From Escherichia phage VTCCBPA_211: a stretch of DNA of 64,000 nt. Positions 26,849 through 34,694 of the stretch are shown here, one piece after another. The notes under the pieces are model-generated. The model was not told the DNA's origin, did no database searches, and saw only the letters and a list, made by a program, of their open reading frames with translations. Every line of letters begins with the position of its first letter. Position 1 is the first letter of the stretch. The stretch is taken from the sequence record PP989838.1. One strand, 5' to 3'. Both the position numbers and the translations under genes were made by a program.

Positions 26849-27382
26849 ATGAGTTTACTAGGAAGTATTGAACTGCACGATGTAATTGACAATGGCTATC
26901 TGAATGCGGAGCATAAATATGTTAACGCTGCTAGTGTGGATATCCGTATTGGTGATACTATCCTTGTTGAAGAACAGGCTGATGGCATCGTTGATATTGA
27001 TGCGAAAGAGAATCTTCAGTGGAAGGAAGTAAAGATTCCTGAAGAGGGTTTGGTTATCACTCCGGGTCAGTTCTTCTTGGCTCACTCCATGGAGGAGTTT
27101 AATCTTCCAGATAACATCTCAAGTCTGTTTGTCCTACGTTCATCTATGGCTCGTTGTGGTTTGAACCACCTCCACGCCGGGTGGGCAGACGCAGGGTTTA
27201 ACAGCAGTAAGCTGACATTTGAGTTCCATAACGTAACCAAGCATCATAGCTTACGAGTTCGTGCTGGTATGCGTGTTGGTCAGATGGTGATGTTTGAGCA
27301 CTCTCATGCAGGGGAACATTCCTATGCAGTGAAGGGTCGTTATAATAACTCTGAAGGTGTAGTTGCATCTAAAGGTGTGTAA
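26849..27382 (+). CDS. dcd: dCTP deaminase (dUTPase fold)
   Basis: VLRSSMARCGL and overall similarity to Dcd-family signature. Confidence 0.75.
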   Translation: MSLLGSIELHDVIDNGYLNAEHKYVNAASVDIRIGDTILVEEQADGIVDIDAKENLQWKEVKIPEEGLVITPGQFFLAHSMEEFNLPDNISSLFVLRSSMARCGLNHLHAGWADAGFNSSKLTFEFHNVTKHHSLRVRAGMRVGQMVMFEHSHAGEHSYAVKGRYNNSEGVVASKGV

Positions 27383-27589
27383 ATGACTGAAGAAGAGTTC
27401 CAAGAACTGAAAGGTTTGACTACCGAGGTTCAATTAAAAGCTATGACATTTGGTCGAGCATGTCATCGATTTGATACTTGTGATGAAAGCAGTAAAGAAG
27501 CTTGTAAGAGTTATATGGATAAGAAGCACCTTGAATGGGGTAAAGCTTCTAATGATCTTTATGACTACATGAAGGGTTTAGTAAAATGA
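27383..27589 (+). CDS. hypothetical small protein
   Basis: ATG overlaps upstream stop. Confidence 0.5.
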   Translation: MTEEEFQELKGLTTEVQLKAMTFGRACHRFDTCDESSKEACKSYMDKKHLEWGKASNDLYDYMKGLVK

Positions 27590-27783
27590 AAAAGTGGATT
27601 GTTCGTGTACATGATAACACGACTGGAGAGTTAGTAGCTGTAGATTTTGTTAATACTCGAGACCACGCCCGTAGGGTCAAAAACCAATACAAGTCTACTT
27701 TTAGACTCAATAAGGTTACAATAGGAAAAGCTTTCGTAAACAGTGAAGGTGCTTTTCTTTCCAATAGTAAGGTTTATTATTAA
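27586..27783 (+). CDS. small-protein paralog family B, member 1
   Basis: W.V...T.....F.TR.(E/H)AR..K..(K/Y) pattern, ends in YY. Confidence 0.55.
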   Translation: MKKWIVRVHDNTTGELVAVDFVNTRDHARRVKNQYKSTFRLNKVTIGKAFVNSEGAFLSNSKVYY

Positions 27784-27992
27784 TGAGACCAATCACTATG
27801 AGAAAATTTTGGTTAGCAAAGATTGAGTGGGCATCAGGTGGCATGACTATGACTGCACTACCCACTCGCCAACAAGCTCGAGATTTTAAAAAGACTATGC
27901 TTACTGGTGACGTGGTCAATAGTATCAGTATCCATAAGGCCAAGGAGTATTCTTCTGGTCGTGTTTATATCAGCGGAAAGGTGCATTACTAA
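27783..27992 (+). CDS. small-protein paralog family B, member 2
   Basis: PTRQQARDFKK; ends HY. Confidence 0.55.
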   Translation: MRPITMRKFWLAKIEWASGGMTMTALPTRQQARDFKKTMLTGDVVNSISIHKAKEYSSGRVYISGKVHY

Positions 27993-28201
27993 TGAAAAAG
28001 ATGTGGGCTATTCATGTTGTTTGGGATCTTGAGCAACACATGAGAAAAGATAGCATCAAATTGTTTGACACTCGCAAAGAGGCTCGTATTGCTAAGAAAC
28101 AGTTGAAGACTCTGGGCACAATAGTAAAAAGCGCTGACATACATCGCTGGTATGAAGGCCCTAACACTGGTTCTTTTATGTCTAAAGTAATTTACTACTG
28201 A
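27992..28201 (+). CDS. small-protein paralog family B, member 3
   Basis: DTRKEARIAKK; ends YY. Confidence 0.55.
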   Translation: MKKMWAIHVVWDLEQHMRKDSIKLFDTRKEARIAKKQLKTLGTIVKSADIHRWYEGPNTGSFMSKVIYY

Positions 28202-28273
28202 TTGGTAGTAGATATGATAACTCTCAAATGTATATAGAGTACAATAAGAATTTGTATTTTACAGGAGAGAGTT

Positions 28274-28603
28274 ATGTTAGATTTGAGTAAAGTGGCCCCG
28301 CCCACTGAAGAGATTACAAAATCCAAGGTGATGCAACAGTTTTATCATCGTGATATGCTTGGTCGCTTTATCAAGAATCGTGATGTTGTTGCTTGGTCTA
28401 TTGGTAATCAGGGGTATCTGTTGAAGGTTCTTCAGGTTACAGGTTCAACTGCTAAGCGAGTTAAGGTGTATGACCCTGAAATGGGGCGTTCTAAGTCAGT
28501 AGACCCACAGAACTGCATCGTAATTACCCAGCAGGTAATGGATAATATTGCACGTAACGTTGCTAACTCAGTTGAACTTGATGGAGAAAACCCAAATGCA
28601 TAA
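28274..28603 (+). CDS. hypothetical protein
   Basis: ORF; stop overlaps Dps-like start (ATGCATAA). Confidence 0.55.
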   Translation: MLDLSKVAPPTEEITKSKVMQQFYHRDMLGRFIKNRDVVAWSIGNQGYLLKVLQVTGSTAKRVKVYDPEMGRSKSVDPQNCIVITQQVMDNIARNVANSVELDGENPNA

Positions 28604-29159
28604 GAATGTCTTTGATTTACCTGAGATTGGTCGTGACAGTTATAGCATGTTAGACCGGTCCGACCTATCAATCTCTCGCCTTGAAACGATGCAAGGTATG
28701 ATTAGTGGAAACAGCCTAGAACACATCCTGAGCTGCTTACAAGCTAACATGGAACTCTTGCATATCAAAGCTAAAAACTACCACTGGAACGTCTCTGGTG
28801 CAGGATTTCAGGGTGTTCATGGTATGTTTGACGAGCTGGAAGATTACGCACGACAGGTAGGAGATCGTATTGCTGAACGTATGCGTTACCACTGTGTTAA
28901 AGTGGATGCTACAGCAGCTAACTACCTCTCTCATGCTTGGTTCTCAGAGGGTAATGCTGATCTAGACATGGACGGTATGCTCTCTGATATGTGCATGACC
29001 TTGATGTGTATTATTGAGAAGATGGATGAGTTTGATGGCGATTTAGCCACCTACCCTGTCGATCAGAGTATGCTTCAAGAAATTAATGAAGGTCTTGGCA
29101 AGTATTGCTACTTCGTCAAGAGCAACATGTCCCACTCAAGTGGTGATGTGTCTTACTAA
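28596..29159 (+). CDS. Dps/ferritin-like protein
   Basis: NYHWNVSGAGFQGVHGMFDELEDYA matches the Dps ferroxidase-site signature HWNV.G..F..LH..F.E. Confidence 0.7.
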   Translation: MHKNVFDLPEIGRDSYSMLDRSDLSISRLETMQGMISGNSLEHILSCLQANMELLHIKAKNYHWNVSGAGFQGVHGMFDELEDYARQVGDRIAERMRYHCVKVDATAANYLSHAWFSEGNADLDMDGMLSDMCMTLMCIIEKMDEFDGDLATYPVDQSMLQEINEGLGKYCYFVKSNMSHSSGDVSY

Positions 29160-29219
29160 AACCTCCGCCCTGTCTCCTAACCCGAGGTGGGGCGAACTTA
29201 TTTATAAGGATATAGATAT

Positions 29220-29399
29220 ATGTTATCAGCAATCGTATGGGGTATTTGGGCTATCTTTATTGGTGGTGGTATTTATTGGGCTTCTGGTAAGCTTATTGAA
29301 GAAACCCCTGATAAGAAAGGTGAGATTCAAACAGCATCAACTATCATGGTTATCGTAGCTGTTGTTATCCCATTCCTGCTTCACCTCCTGACTGCATAA
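29220..29399 (+). CDS. small two-TM membrane protein (59 aa)
   Basis: ATG 29220, TAA 29397-29399; two hydrophobic segments. Confidence 0.4.
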   Translation: MLSAIVWGIWAIFIGGGIYWASGKLIEETPDKKGEIQTASTIMVIVAVVIPFLLHLLTA

Positions 29400-29407
29400 G
29401 GATTTAC

Positions 29408-29680
29408 ATGACTAAAGTAATTAAGTTTTATAGTGATCAGTGTGCTCCATGTAAAGCAATGGCTCCTACCTTTGAGAAGGTTGTTAAGGAGTTTGATGTA
29501 GAAGTGGAAGAGATTAACATCCTTGAAGGTGATGGTCGTGAACAAGCTGTTAAGTATGGTGTACGAAGTATCCCTGCTTTCGTTGTACCTGACCGTAACA
29601 GTGGTGCACACTACAGCCTCTCTGGTATGCAGACCGAAGCAAACCTGAAAGCATTCTTAACTACTGCCCTAGGTGTTTGA
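29408..29680 (+). CDS. thioredoxin-like protein (CAPC active site)
   Basis: KVIKFYSDQCAPCKAMAP; thioredoxin-fold length (90 aa). Confidence 0.75.
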   Translation: MTKVIKFYSDQCAPCKAMAPTFEKVVKEFDVEVEEINILEGDGREQAVKYGVRSIPAFVVPDRNSGAHYSLSGMQTEANLKAFLTTALGV

Positions 29681-29886
29681 TTATGAAAAAATATTGGACG
29701 GTGGTATATTACCTCTACCAAGACCCGGCTATACCTGTTACAGAGCACTTTGCTACTCGTAAAGATGCTCGCCGTTTTAAGAAGGCTCTTAAGATGGCCC
29801 CAAAGATTTATAGTAAAGTAAGCTTACATAAATCAACATTGTCAGAGATGGGAACCTTAGTGGTTTATTATGTAAAAGAATATTAA
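29677..29886 (+). CDS. small-protein paralog family B, member 4
   Basis: ATRKDARRFKK; ends EY. Confidence 0.55.
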   Translation: MIMKKYWTVVYYLYQDPAIPVTEHFATRKDARRFKKALKMAPKIYSKVSLHKSTLSEMGTLVVYYVKEY

Positions 29887-29901
29887 TAAGGAAATTCACG
29901 G

Positions 29902-30558
29902 ATGAATGAACAATTACAAGCAACATTAATCGAAGCTATGGGAAGTGATCGTAGCGTAGTAAACGCAGCTCGAGTTTCCTTTGGCGTAACCCGTGAAGGT
30001 GATTTAAATGAACGTGATGAACGTCTCATCAACTTCCTCGCAAGAGAGAAGCATGTTACTCCATTCCGACACCCACAAGTCAGTTTCCGATGCAAAGCAC
30101 CTATCGCAATTGCGAGACAGTTGGGCAAGCATCAGGTTGGATTCTCGTGGAACGAAATGTCCCGGCGGTATAAAGATGGAGCAGTTGAAGTCTTCATCCC
30201 TAAAGAGATTTTTGCGAGACCTTCGGACCTCCATGCAGGTTCAGGGGTTCAACTCATCGATGGAGAACGAGCTGAAGCGTTAATGTTGATTAATGATGCA
30301 TATGAAGCTTCTCTAGCAGCATATGACAAGTTGATTGAATTCATTGCACCAGAGCAAGCTCGATTTGTTCTTCCTCAGGGGATGATCACTGAGTGGGTAT
30401 GGACTGGTTCTTTGTATGGCTGGTTTGAGTTATGTCGTCAGCGACTCTCCTCTCACGCTCAATATGAAGTTCGAGTGTTTGCTAAATCTCTGGATGAAGA
30501 GATGGCTAAACTTTACCCAATCTCATGGGCAGCTCTGAAGAAAACTTTGGAGAATTAA
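29902..30558 (+). CDS. thyX: FAD-dependent thymidylate synthase ThyX homolog with variant signature (KHQ in place of RHR)
   Basis: Collinear with ThyX as I recall it (AARVSF, TPF.H, KAPI..ARQ, S.NE.S.RY, SHAQ); RHR position reads KHQ. Confidence 0.8.
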   Translation: MNEQLQATLIEAMGSDRSVVNAARVSFGVTREGDLNERDERLINFLAREKHVTPFRHPQVSFRCKAPIAIARQLGKHQVGFSWNEMSRRYKDGAVEVFIPKEIFARPSDLHAGSGVQLIDGERAEALMLINDAYEASLAAYDKLIEFIAPEQARFVLPQGMITEWVWTGSLYGWFELCRQRLSSHAQYEVRVFAKSLDEEMAKLYPISWAALKKTLEN

Positions 30559-30692
30559 TGTTGGAAGAAGATGACGATGTGTTCTGCACCAAGTGTGGGA
30601 TGACAGTTGATGATGCATATGACCCAAGTGTAGAAATCTGCCCTTGTTGTGGAGTATGTGAATATTGCTGTTCCCACAACTCAGAGGATTAG
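30558..30692 (+). CDS. small zinc-ribbon peptide (44 aa), speculative
   Basis: ATG overlaps thyX stop; CTKCG...CPCCGVCEYCC. Confidence 0.3.
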   Translation: MLEEDDDVFCTKCGMTVDDAYDPSVEICPCCGVCEYCCSHNSED

Positions 30693-30704
30693 CAGGAATT
30701 TCTG

Positions 30705-30938
30705 ATGAAAATCAAACATATTACAGATATTCAGGAGGCATTTAGGATGCTTCCTCGAAGAGAGAAGGATAAGATTAAAAAGCTTATTCAAGTTTATGGT
30801 CATACATCTAAAGATGATGTAGACTATATGCCTTCTACTTTCGTAGAGTGTGGGATTGCTCGCGGTTTCACATTCGACCATAAAGTGTTTCAGCAATTCG
30901 TTGACCACTGGAGAAAAGATGGAAAAGAAAGTCTGTAG
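30705..30938 (+). CDS. hypothetical protein
   Basis: ORF. Confidence 0.5.
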   Translation: MKIKHITDIQEAFRMLPRREKDKIKKLIQVYGHTSKDDVDYMPSTFVECGIARGFTFDHKVFQQFVDHWRKDGKESL

Positions 30939-31104
30939 CTTCTGTAAGAAAGAAAAGCCGATCATCAATTTTAAGCCCAATCCTGTGACTGGTTTGTCTC
31001 ATGTTATGTGCCACTCCTGTAGGACATACCTTGAAACAAAGCACACTATCAATAGGTTGCACTATTATCACCCAACAACATTCAAATTTAAGGTTGTGAA
31101 ATGA
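30919..31104 (+). CDS. small CxxC protein
   Basis: ATG 30919; CSFC...CHSC. Confidence 0.45.
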   Translation: MEKKVCSFCKKEKPIINFKPNPVTGLSHVMCHSCRTYLETKHTINRLHYYHPTTFKFKVVK

Positions 31105-31304
31105 AAACTTTGTGGACTCTTGACTGCCAAGACGAGGACGGAGAGCGTTGGACTTGGAAATATTTCCTAGGGAAACCGACACCTGATAATCCTGCTTTGG
31201 ATTGTGCTTCATATGAAGACGCCAAGAAATTGGTAAACGGAGAGAAAGTTCGGTCTCCGGATAATGAAGTTATGTACTTTTTAACAGAACGGAAATTTTC
31301 ATAA
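31101..31304 (+). CDS. hypothetical small protein
   Basis: ATGA coupling with upstream gene. Confidence 0.5.
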   Translation: MKTLWTLDCQDEDGERWTWKYFLGKPTPDNPALDCASYEDAKKLVNGEKVRSPDNEVMYFLTERKFS

Positions 31305-31627
31305 TGATCGATGGTAATACATTTAGGACTTCAAATGGAAGTGAAATAAGTCCCGCTGAAGTAATCAATCGGCATAGAAGGCAATTGATCATCCATTCCT
31401 ATTTGTATTACTGGTTGGATGACCCTATCTGGTCTGATGATAAATGGCAACAAGTTGCTAATGATCTAGTGGAGCTACAAGCCCTGTATCCAGAACCTAC
31501 CGGAGTCTTTGACAACGAGTTTAAAGATTGGGATGGTTCTACAGGTATGCATCTCCCACATAACGAAGCTGTTGCTTGTATGGCGACAGCTGTTTACAGA
31601 CTTCATAAAGAGGTTAACGTCGCATGA
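31304..31627 (+). CDS. hypothetical protein
   Basis: ORF. Confidence 0.55.
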   Translation: MIDGNTFRTSNGSEISPAEVINRHRRQLIIHSYLYYWLDDPIWSDDKWQQVANDLVELQALYPEPTGVFDNEFKDWDGSTGMHLPHNEAVACMATAVYRLHKEVNVA

Positions 31628-31807
31628 GCGTAGTTTATGTTCTAGAAAGATACGCTGAAGATCGCAACAGTATTGTTGCCATATTTAAATATGCCCGGAT
31701 GTTGAGGACATTTTGAATGTGACTCACTTAACTGATGTTGATAAAATCAAAGACCTCATCAGGAATGACAATGCCCACATAGGTGACTCTCTGTGGTCTC
31801 TTACTGA

Positions 31808-32005
31808 ATGGACATTGTGGTGAAGTGCTCTAAATGTGAAGGAACAAACCTTCATTTAAGTAACAAGGTTATCAGAGAGCTTGCCAAAGGCTCTCCAACC
31901 AAAGGGAAGAACAAACGATTTACTAACGTCAGGGTTTACACAGCAATCTGTAAAGATTGTTTAACTACTGAGTGTCATTACGAAGAAATTGGAGAGCGTA
32001 AATGA
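31808..32005 (+). CDS. small CxxC protein (start uncertain)
   Basis: CSKCEG...CKDC; stop overlaps phoH start. Confidence 0.4.
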   Translation: MDIVVKCSKCEGTNLHLSNKVIRELAKGSPTKGKNKRFTNVRVYTAICKDCLTTECHYEEIGERK

Positions 32006-32745
32006 GTCGTCGTCAATCACGGAAAGAATCACGGAAAGACCTTCGTCGGGAAGCACTTGTCACTCGTAAGGGTAAGCGAGAGTTTGAAGAGGTGGTTTTA
32101 GCAAAGCCTGTAGTCCCTCAGAACCAGTTTCAGTCTGAGCTACTCAATGCTATTAAGACTAAACAAGTTGTGTTCACAGACGCTCCTGCGGGCTGTGGTA
32201 AGACCTTTGTAATCACTTCCACAGTTATTGATGCACTGAAGAGCGGTAAGATTCAGAAGATCATTCTGAGTCGACCTTCGGTTGGCATGGGCAATTCTCT
32301 TGGGCTACTTCCGGGAGGAATGCGTGAGAAGTTTGAACCATACCTGATGCCTATCATTGATGTTATCACTCAGCGATATGGTAAGGGGTTCTATGAATGC
32401 CAACTTGGTAACAGTAACATTGAGTTCGTACCTCTGGAATATCTCCGTGGTCGTTCTTTCAATGATGCTATTGTTATTGTTGATGAGTTCCAGAATACCA
32501 CTAAAGATGAAGCCTTCTCAATCATGACTCGATTGGGAGAAACCTCTCAGCTGTTCTGCATGGGTGATACAAACCAGCATGATATGCGTGGTCGTGAGAG
32601 TGGTCTTACTTGGGCTACTAATTTTATTGATGAACACGATCTGTATGAGTTCGCTGAGATTGTAGACGGCGAATCAGATGACATTGTTCGTTCTGGTTTC
32701 TGTAAAGCCATTGTTAAAGCTATGGAAAAGGAACAAGATAAATGA
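32002..32745 (+). CDS. phoH: PhoH-like ATPase
   Basis: Walker A DAPAGCGKTF and PhoH-family collinearity. Confidence 0.85.
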   Translation: MSRRQSRKESRKDLRREALVTRKGKREFEEVVLAKPVVPQNQFQSELLNAIKTKQVVFTDAPAGCGKTFVITSTVIDALKSGKIQKIILSRPSVGMGNSLGLLPGGMREKFEPYLMPIIDVITQRYGKGFYECQLGNSNIEFVPLEYLRGRSFNDAIVIVDEFQNTTKDEAFSIMTRLGETSQLFCMGDTNQHDMRGRESGLTWATNFIDEHDLYEFAEIVDGESDDIVRSGFCKAIVKAMEKEQDK

Positions 32746-32927
32746 AAGTCGCTTTAGTTATCCGAGATTGTGGTGATGGTTCAGCAACCATCGACTTCTA
32801 CAAAAATATCGAACGAGCGTGTTTTGAGTGTGAAGAGTTCAATGAAGACACCTGCATGAATGATGGAGAACCTACTATCATTGACGTTCCTGATGATTTT
32901 GTACCACCGGGAGGGTGGAGTGAATAG
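32742..32927 (+). CDS. hypothetical small protein
   Basis: ATGA coupling with phoH. Confidence 0.45.
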   Translation: MKVALVIRDCGDGSATIDFYKNIERACFECEEFNEDTCMNDGEPTIIDVPDDFVPPGGWSE

Positions 32928-33108
32928 CACTCAAGAGTTAGTGATAGAAGAGATTAAAGCTCAGATAGTTGATAAACTCTCTATCAGGGTTGATTCTAAA
33001 GACACCAAATGCTCTGGTATATTGAAGATAGAACTTCTTTACAATGGAGAAGTTATTTCCTTTGATGAGGTATATGCCTCTGATATTAAATACTTAGCAG
33101 AGTTTTAA
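32920..33108 (+). CDS. hypothetical small protein (GTG start)
   Basis: GTG 32920 preceded by SD gggaggg. Confidence 0.4.
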   Translation: MNSTQELVIEEIKAQIVDKLSIRVDSKDTKCSGILKIELLYNGEVISFDEVYASDIKYLAEF

Positions 33109-33117
33109 TAGCATCCA

Positions 33118-33126
33118 TAATGTATA
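33118..33126 (+). promoter_or_regulatory. TAATGTATA motif, candidate phage-sigma-dependent promoter element
   Basis: Exact TAATGTATA(CT) about 37 nt upstream of ATG 33163; same 9-mer at 39661 and on - strand at 49285. Confidence 0.4.
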
Positions 33127-33162
33127 CTCCTTAGTGTACACTGATATATTAAGGAGTTTTAA

Positions 33163-33486
33163 ATGGCAGATCATGTAGGAAAGAGAGATTATGCACAAGA
33201 AAGACGTACCGCAATTGCCCGTGGTGAAACAGGCGTTGGGAGCAAGAGCGGAGATGCTCAGCGCCACCGTGCACGTCGCATCGTTGAAAAGCGCGATGGA
33301 AAAGCTGCTGTCAGAGGTAAAGATGTTGGACACAAACGAGCCATCAAGTCAGGAGGCTCTAATGCGTCAAGCAACTTACGTGTTGAAACAGTCAGCGGAA
33401 ATCGTTCAGCTGGCGGCAAAAGTGGAGATCGAGCTGGGAAGGCAGCTGGTGCTGCTAAGCGAAAAGGAGCTTTAAGCTCATCGTAA
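33163..33486 (+). CDS. highly basic Gly/Lys/Arg-rich protein, unknown function
   Basis: Strong SD aaggag; RNY codon periodicity favours this frame over overlapping 33191 ORF; terminator follows. Confidence 0.55.
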   Translation: MADHVGKRDYAQERRTAIARGETGVGSKSGDAQRHRARRIVEKRDGKAAVRGKDVGHKRAIKSGGSNASSNLRVETVSGNRSAGGKSGDRAGKAAGAAKRKGALSSS

Positions 33487-33490
33487 TATA

Positions 33491-33520
33491 AGGCTACCCA
33501 AATGGGTGGCCTTTTCTTTT
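33491..33520 (+). terminator. intrinsic terminator
   Basis: aggctaccc...gggtggcct hairpin followed by tttcttttat. Confidence 0.6.
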
Positions 33521-33554
33521 ATATAAACCAAATTAAACTTCTTAGGTAATAAAT

Positions 33555-33806
33555 ATGTCTATTGTAAAATCTGTAAATATCATTGATGTAATGTCTAACA
33601 ATCGTATGGTTAAATGGAAGTTCACCAATAATCACGGCATTGCTAATATCATTGCAAACCAGATTAGTCATAACCCAAAAACAGCTCGTACTAACGTAAT
33701 CCTACGTGGTGCTGATGGTAAATTCATTTCTTATAAGAATAAAGGTGTAGAGAAAGAATTCCGTGTTGCAGTAGAAAACCTCATCCCATTCCCTAAAGGA
33801 TTTTAA
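33555..33806 (+). CDS. hypothetical protein, paralog pair C member 1
   Basis: KTARTNVILRGADGKFISYKNKG...LIPFPKGF. Confidence 0.55.
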   Translation: MSIVKSVNIIDVMSNNRMVKWKFTNNHGIANIIANQISHNPKTARTNVILRGADGKFISYKNKGVEKEFRVAVENLIPFPKGF

Positions 33807-33807
33807 T

Positions 33808-34092
33808 ATGAATAAATTAGCTATGGTTCAAATTCGAGACACTTTCCCTCTGCGTGAGAATATGAAACCACGCACTTGGTCTTACCTGCTAGCTGAGAGT
33901 AAGACTATCAACAAATATTTTGTAGAGATTGGTTGTATCCCAACCAGTATTACTTTGCTTCCTCATAAAACAGCTAGAACTCATGTGATGCTACGTGACA
34001 GCAAAGGTAAGTTTATCTCTTACCGTGATGAACGAATCAATAGCGATATCAAAAATGCTATGGAATCTTTAATGCCGTTCCCAAAAGGTTAA
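33808..34092 (+). CDS. hypothetical protein, paralog pair C member 2
   Basis: KTARTHVMLRDSKGKFISYRDER...LMPFPKG. Confidence 0.55.
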   Translation: MNKLAMVQIRDTFPLRENMKPRTWSYLLAESKTINKYFVEIGCIPTSITLLPHKTARTHVMLRDSKGKFISYRDERINSDIKNAMESLMPFPKG

Positions 34093-34095
34093 GTT

Positions 34096-34254
34096 ATGAA
34101 AGAGTACATCTATGTAGGACAGCGCTGGTTTGGTGATGAATGGGAAGGTGGTTACAGCGTTGTGAAAGCTTTTAAGTCTGAAGAAGATGCCAAGGCATGG
34201 GTCTTAAAAGATGACGTTGGCGAGAGAACTTACATTGAAGTAGAGGTGGAGTAA
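34096..34254 (+). CDS. small ORF (52 aa), speculative
   Basis: ATG 34096; tight spacing to neighbours. Confidence 0.35.
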   Translation: MKEYIYVGQRWFGDEWEGGYSVVKAFKSEEDAKAWVLKDDVGERTYIEVEVE

Positions 34255-34255
34255 A

Positions 34256-34678
34256 ATGCCATTACCAACTAGACACCAAAACCGTTTCCTAGTTCTTAAG
34301 TGGGATGATATCGAAATGAATCTCACTGAACATGAACTGGATTTGTTCCATGAGCTTTTGTCAGAGATTCGCTCTGGTATTCCTGAACGTCAGTATGTAG
34401 TTATCAGTGATAAACATCCTCAAGAGTTTGAAGAAGCTTGGGGTATGAAGTTAGCTTACATTCAGAGAGCTATCCGAGAAAGAGAAGAAGTCGCTAACCA
34501 AAGGGTTGTGGCTCATTTAGTACGAGAGCAACCTCGTGAAGCTAGGGCTAACCATGCACCACCTCCACCTACTCCTCGGATAGTTGTTAACGGGGCGGTT
34601 AGGGCTTACAGTTATGAAGCTACCATATCAGATATGATAGAAGATAACCAAGCATTTACAGATTTACTTTACCAATAA
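34256..34678 (+). CDS. hypothetical protein
   Basis: ORF. Confidence 0.55.
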   Translation: MPLPTRHQNRFLVLKWDDIEMNLTEHELDLFHELLSEIRSGIPERQYVVISDKHPQEFEEAWGMKLAYIQRAIREREEVANQRVVAHLVREQPREARANHAPPPPTPRIVVNGAVRAYSYEATISDMIEDNQAFTDLLYQ

Positions 34679-34694
34679 TTTAAAGGAGTATAAA

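Noticed and set aside
33191-33475. Alternative-frame ORF (94 aa) inside 33163-33486
   Set aside because: The 33163 frame has the strong SD and clear G-start (RNY) codon periodicity; 33191 has a weak SD. Kept as rejected but not excluded as an overlapping gene.
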